NCBI GenBank assembly: GCA_964470695.1
Contig: CAYYDR010000001.1
Location: 529,997-593,996 of the forward strand
Direction: 5' to 3'
Source of the DNA: an uncultured Gammaproteobacteria bacterium
Lineage (GTDB): Bacteria; Patescibacteriota; Patescibacteriia; Patescibacteriales; UBA12465
DNA: 64,000 bases
Shown here: positions 61,946 through 64,000 of the stretch, piece after piece
Layout of the letters: every line of letters begins with the position of its first letter
Numbering within the stretch: position 1 is the first letter of the stretch
The notes under the pieces: model-generated
What the model was told of the DNA's origin: nothing
The model's input: only the letters and a program-made list of their open reading frames with translations
Databases searched by the model: none
Program-made: the position numbers and the translations under genes

Positions 61946-62346
61946 AATGATTTTTTTAATAAAGAAGCGAGTGTTCTCTTCTTTAAGGTTAGTCTAATGT
62001 CTGACAGAATAAGCCCCCAGACACCTCGTGCCTGGCAGCCAGAGAAGCAGGCGCATTGTTTTCCGGCCGATAGACAGCGCGCCTCAATATTGCCTTCTAG
62101 AGCCTCAATAATAGACAATAAAGAAATCTGGCCAGCCGGTTTAGCTAAAATATAGCCGCCCTGCGCGCCTTCCTTACTTTTTATCAGGCCGGCTTTAGTC
62201 AGGGATTGGGAAATTTGAATTAAATAAACCGAAGAAATGCCCAGCCTTTTAGCCAGACCAGTTAAAGACAAAATAAATTTTGGTCGACGAGCCAGCTCCA
62301 GCATAATCATTAAACCGTAGTCAACGCGGGCTTTAATTTGAAACAT
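61942..62346 (-). CDS. Rrf2 family transcriptional regulator (3 Cys, IscR/SufR-like)
   Basis: Winged HTH (LAKRLGISSVYLIQISQSLTKAGLIKSKEG) and a CxxxxxxCxCxxxC-type cluster (CLSAGKQCACFSGC). ATGA overlap with sufC. Confidence 0.9.
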   Translation of the reverse strand: MFQIKARVDYGLMIMLELARRPKFILSLTGLAKRLGISSVYLIQISQSLTKAGLIKSKEGAQGGYILAKPAGQISLLSIIEALEGNIEARCLSAGKQCACFSGCQARGVWGLILSDIRLTLKKRTLASLLKKSL

Positions 62347-62376
62347 AGTAATCTTTAAATGATAATTAATAATAGT

Positions 62377-62405
62377 TTAACTATAAGTAAACTCATTATA
62401 GTTAA
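62377..62405. promoter_or_regulatory. perfect 10-bp inverted repeat overlapping the suf-operon -10 region (candidate Rrf2 operator)
   Basis: TTAACTATAA (62377-62386), 9 nt, TTATAGTTAA (62396-62405). The minus-strand reading contains TATAAT. Confidence 0.45.
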
Positions 62406-62431
62406 AAACGATTAAAAAGTAAAGGGGGGTT

Positions 62432-62456
62432 AAAAAAACCGCCCCAGCCGGGGCGG
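62432..62456 (-). terminator. intrinsic terminator after the yceI-like gene
   Basis: CCGCCCC (62439-45) pairs with GGGGCGG (62450-56). The A7 run gives a U7 tail on the minus strand. Confidence 0.65.
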
Positions 62457-62487
62457 TTTCTCTAAAAATATCAACGGACTAGTACAA

Positions 62488-63201
62488 TTAGCGCATAGTT
62501 CTAATAACGACATCAAAAGTAATTTGATCGTCAATCATCTTATCGCCTAAATCCTGAAAGAACTTACCAGAGCCATATTTTAAGCCCCAAATCGTTCTAT
62601 CAATAGATATTCTCGCCTGAGCTTCTAATAGCTTATCAATCTGACTAACTTTAGCTACGAAATCTACAGGAGCAGTAATATCTTTAATAGTTAAATCAGC
62701 ATTAACAGCATATTCGCCGGCCTGAACGCCCGGCTTAACTGATCTAATAACTAGCTGAGCCTCGGGATAAGTTGCGGCATCAAAAAAATCCGCGCTTTTT
62801 AAATGCTTGACCAAAGCGTCAATTTTTTCATCGCTAGTAATCGTGGACATGTCCATAATAAACGATCCGCCGGTTAAAGCGTTACCCTCTACTTTTAATT
62901 CACCCGATTTCATAGACACTAGACCAGTATGAGCGGCTGTTACTTTAGCGGCGCGCCAAGAAATTAACGCATTCGCTGGCTTAATGTCATAAGAACCGTC
63001 TACCAGAGTAAAAGACGCCCCCGGAGCCAAGGGAGCCGGCGCCTCAGTCGGAGTACCGGATGCCTCAGGAGCCTGAGATAACCCCGCCGCTGTTTCCGCT
63101 GGCTTAGACTCTTGGCTATAATCGCTCTTCTTAGACAAACCGCAAGCACTTAAAGTTACTAAGCCCAGGCCTAGCACTAAAATAAAGATAATTTGCTTCA
63201 T
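62488..63201 (-). CDS. YceI family lipoprotein
   Basis: Lipobox LSACG, Ala/Pro-rich linker, YceI-like domain (...ISWRAAKVTAAHTGLV...GGSFIMDMSTI...). Confidence 0.85.
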   Translation of the reverse strand: MKQIIFILVLGLGLVTLSACGLSKKSDYSQESKPAETAAGLSQAPEASGTPTEAPAPLAPGASFTLVDGSYDIKPANALISWRAAKVTAAHTGLVSMKSGELKVEGNALTGGSFIMDMSTITSDEKIDALVKHLKSADFFDAATYPEAQLVIRSVKPGVQAGEYAVNADLTIKDITAPVDFVAKVSQIDKLLEAQARISIDRTIWGLKYGSGKFFQDLGDKMIDDQITFDVVIRTMR

Positions 63202-63347
63202 ATTTTTATGGCCGGCCGTAAACCCGAAAATTATTTCCAGATAATACGAGCGGCTAATTAAGTTAATAGTATATGTTAATTAATTGTTGTCAGATTTAAA
63301 ATTAAGTTTCAAGGCTGAAGTTTTGATATTATAACTTAAACAAGATA

Positions 63348-63377
63348 TTGACGCAAGTACCAACTTAGACGTATAAT
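63348..63377 (+). promoter_or_regulatory. sigma70-like promoter of the hxlR-type regulator operon
   Basis: TTGACG (63348-53), 18 nt, TATAAT (63372-77). Confidence 0.5.
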
Positions 63378-63405
63378 ACAGGAATAAAAGTAACTATAAA
63401 GATTT

Positions 63406-63741
63406 ATGTCTAAAAAAGATAAATTTAAATGCCATGAGGCCGTGAGCGCTGCTCTGGGCGCCATTGGCGGAAAATGGAAGCCACTTATTCTCTGGCATCT
63501 TTTAGAAAAAACCATGCGTTTCGGCGAGCTAGAGAAAAGCCTAACCAGTATTTCTCAAAAAATGCTAGCTAGCGAACTCCGCGCCTTAGAAAAATCCGGA
63601 ATTGTCCATAGAGAAATTTACCGGCAAATTCCCCCCAAAGTTGAGTACTGGATTACTCCCTACGGACTAACACTCCGGCCCGTTCTAGAAAAACTGGCTG
63701 ATTGGGGTATAAAGCATAACGCTAAAAAATTAAAAAAATAA
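63406..63741 (+). CDS. HxlR family transcriptional regulator
   Basis: GGKWKPLILWHL...MRFGELEK...ISQKMLASELRALEKSGIVHREIY...PPKVEY. Confidence 0.9.
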   Translation: MSKKDKFKCHEAVSAALGAIGGKWKPLILWHLLEKTMRFGELEKSLTSISQKMLASELRALEKSGIVHREIYRQIPPKVEYWITPYGLTLRPVLEKLADWGIKHNAKKLKK

Positions 63742-63746
63742 AGCAA

Positions 63747-64000
63747 ATGTCTAAATTATTAATTATCTACGCGCATCCTAGCCGCGCCGGTTCGCATGGT
63801 TATTTTTTGGAAAAAATATTGGAGCTACTAGGCTCTTTCCCCTCCGTTAGCCACGAATTAATAGATCTTTACGACGTAAAGTATGATCCTATTTTAAAAG
63901 ATAATGAACTATATAGTGCCGGACGACGCGCCGTCAGCCCAGAAAATCTAGCCTACCAAGAAAAAATAAAGGCGGCCAGCCATCTATTATTCATTTATCC
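63747..64000 (+). CDS. flavodoxin-like NAD(P)H dehydrogenase (quinone) family protein, N-terminal fragment (runs off window)
   Basis: Own translation from ATG 63747: MSKLLIIYAHPSRAGSHGYFLEKILELL...DLYDVKYDPIL. This is typical of the Flavodoxin_2/NQO-type fold and a common partner of HxlR regulators. Confidence 0.8.
   Translation, partial: MSKLLIIYAHPSRAGSHGYFLEKILELLGSFPSVSHELIDLYDVKYDPILKDNELYSAGRRAVSPENLAYQEKIKAASHLLFIY

Noticed and set aside
1-64000. Alternative genetic code (UGA recoding, as in some CPR lineages)
   Set aside because: All conserved genes translate full-length under the standard code, with no in-frame TGA needed.

Overview
This is a gene-dense, AT-rich window with about 62 supported CDS, most on the minus strand. 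No rRNA, tRNA, CRISPR array or IS element was seen. All calls come from reading the ORF translations and intergenic DNA by eye; no homology search, HMM, fold prediction or statistics was run.

The gene content resembles a small-genome Patescibacteria/CPR-type bacterium using the standard genetic code (inference only). Supporting features are a PilM-PilN fusion, a type IV pilus locus without a secretin, Lys-rich tails on housekeeping proteins, a fermentative [FeFe]-hydrogenase and an orphan VirD4/TraD-like ATPase.

**Housekeeping blocks**
- serS'-dnaX
- rpmA, pyrG, an S41 peptidase, tsaC, cvpA, metG, rsmI
- secE-nusG-rplK-rplA
- An RRM RNA-binding protein
- nifU/nifS-like Fe-S genes
- PPIase and cca
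- gap, ricT, tsf, rpsB, sod, uppS
- A beta-CASP RNase
- An rrf2-sufCBDSU operon
- yceI, hxlR and an NAD(P)H-quinone-reductase fragment

**Accessory highlights**
1. A roughly 14.6 kb type IV pilus superlocus spans 32.8-47.4 kb. Its minor-pilin operon contains a 1,398-aa surface protein built from twelve ~100-aa modules.
2. That protein contains a 1,769-bp segment present twice with no mismatch. The period is exactly 1,800 bp (600 codons) and the 31-bp linker between copies is diverged.
3. A class-A beta-lactamase-like serine hydrolase sits in the same operon.
4. A tightly packed gap-SDR-NuoF-like-membrane protein-HydA string carries an intact H-cluster signature. No NuoE-like subunit or maturase lies in the window.
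5. Two small Fe-S proteins were missed by the ORF track: a 57-aa ferredoxin and a 55-aa HiPIP-like protein.
6. There are several self-contained small transcription units of unknown function and a perfect 10-bp inverted repeat that is a candidate Rrf2 operator.
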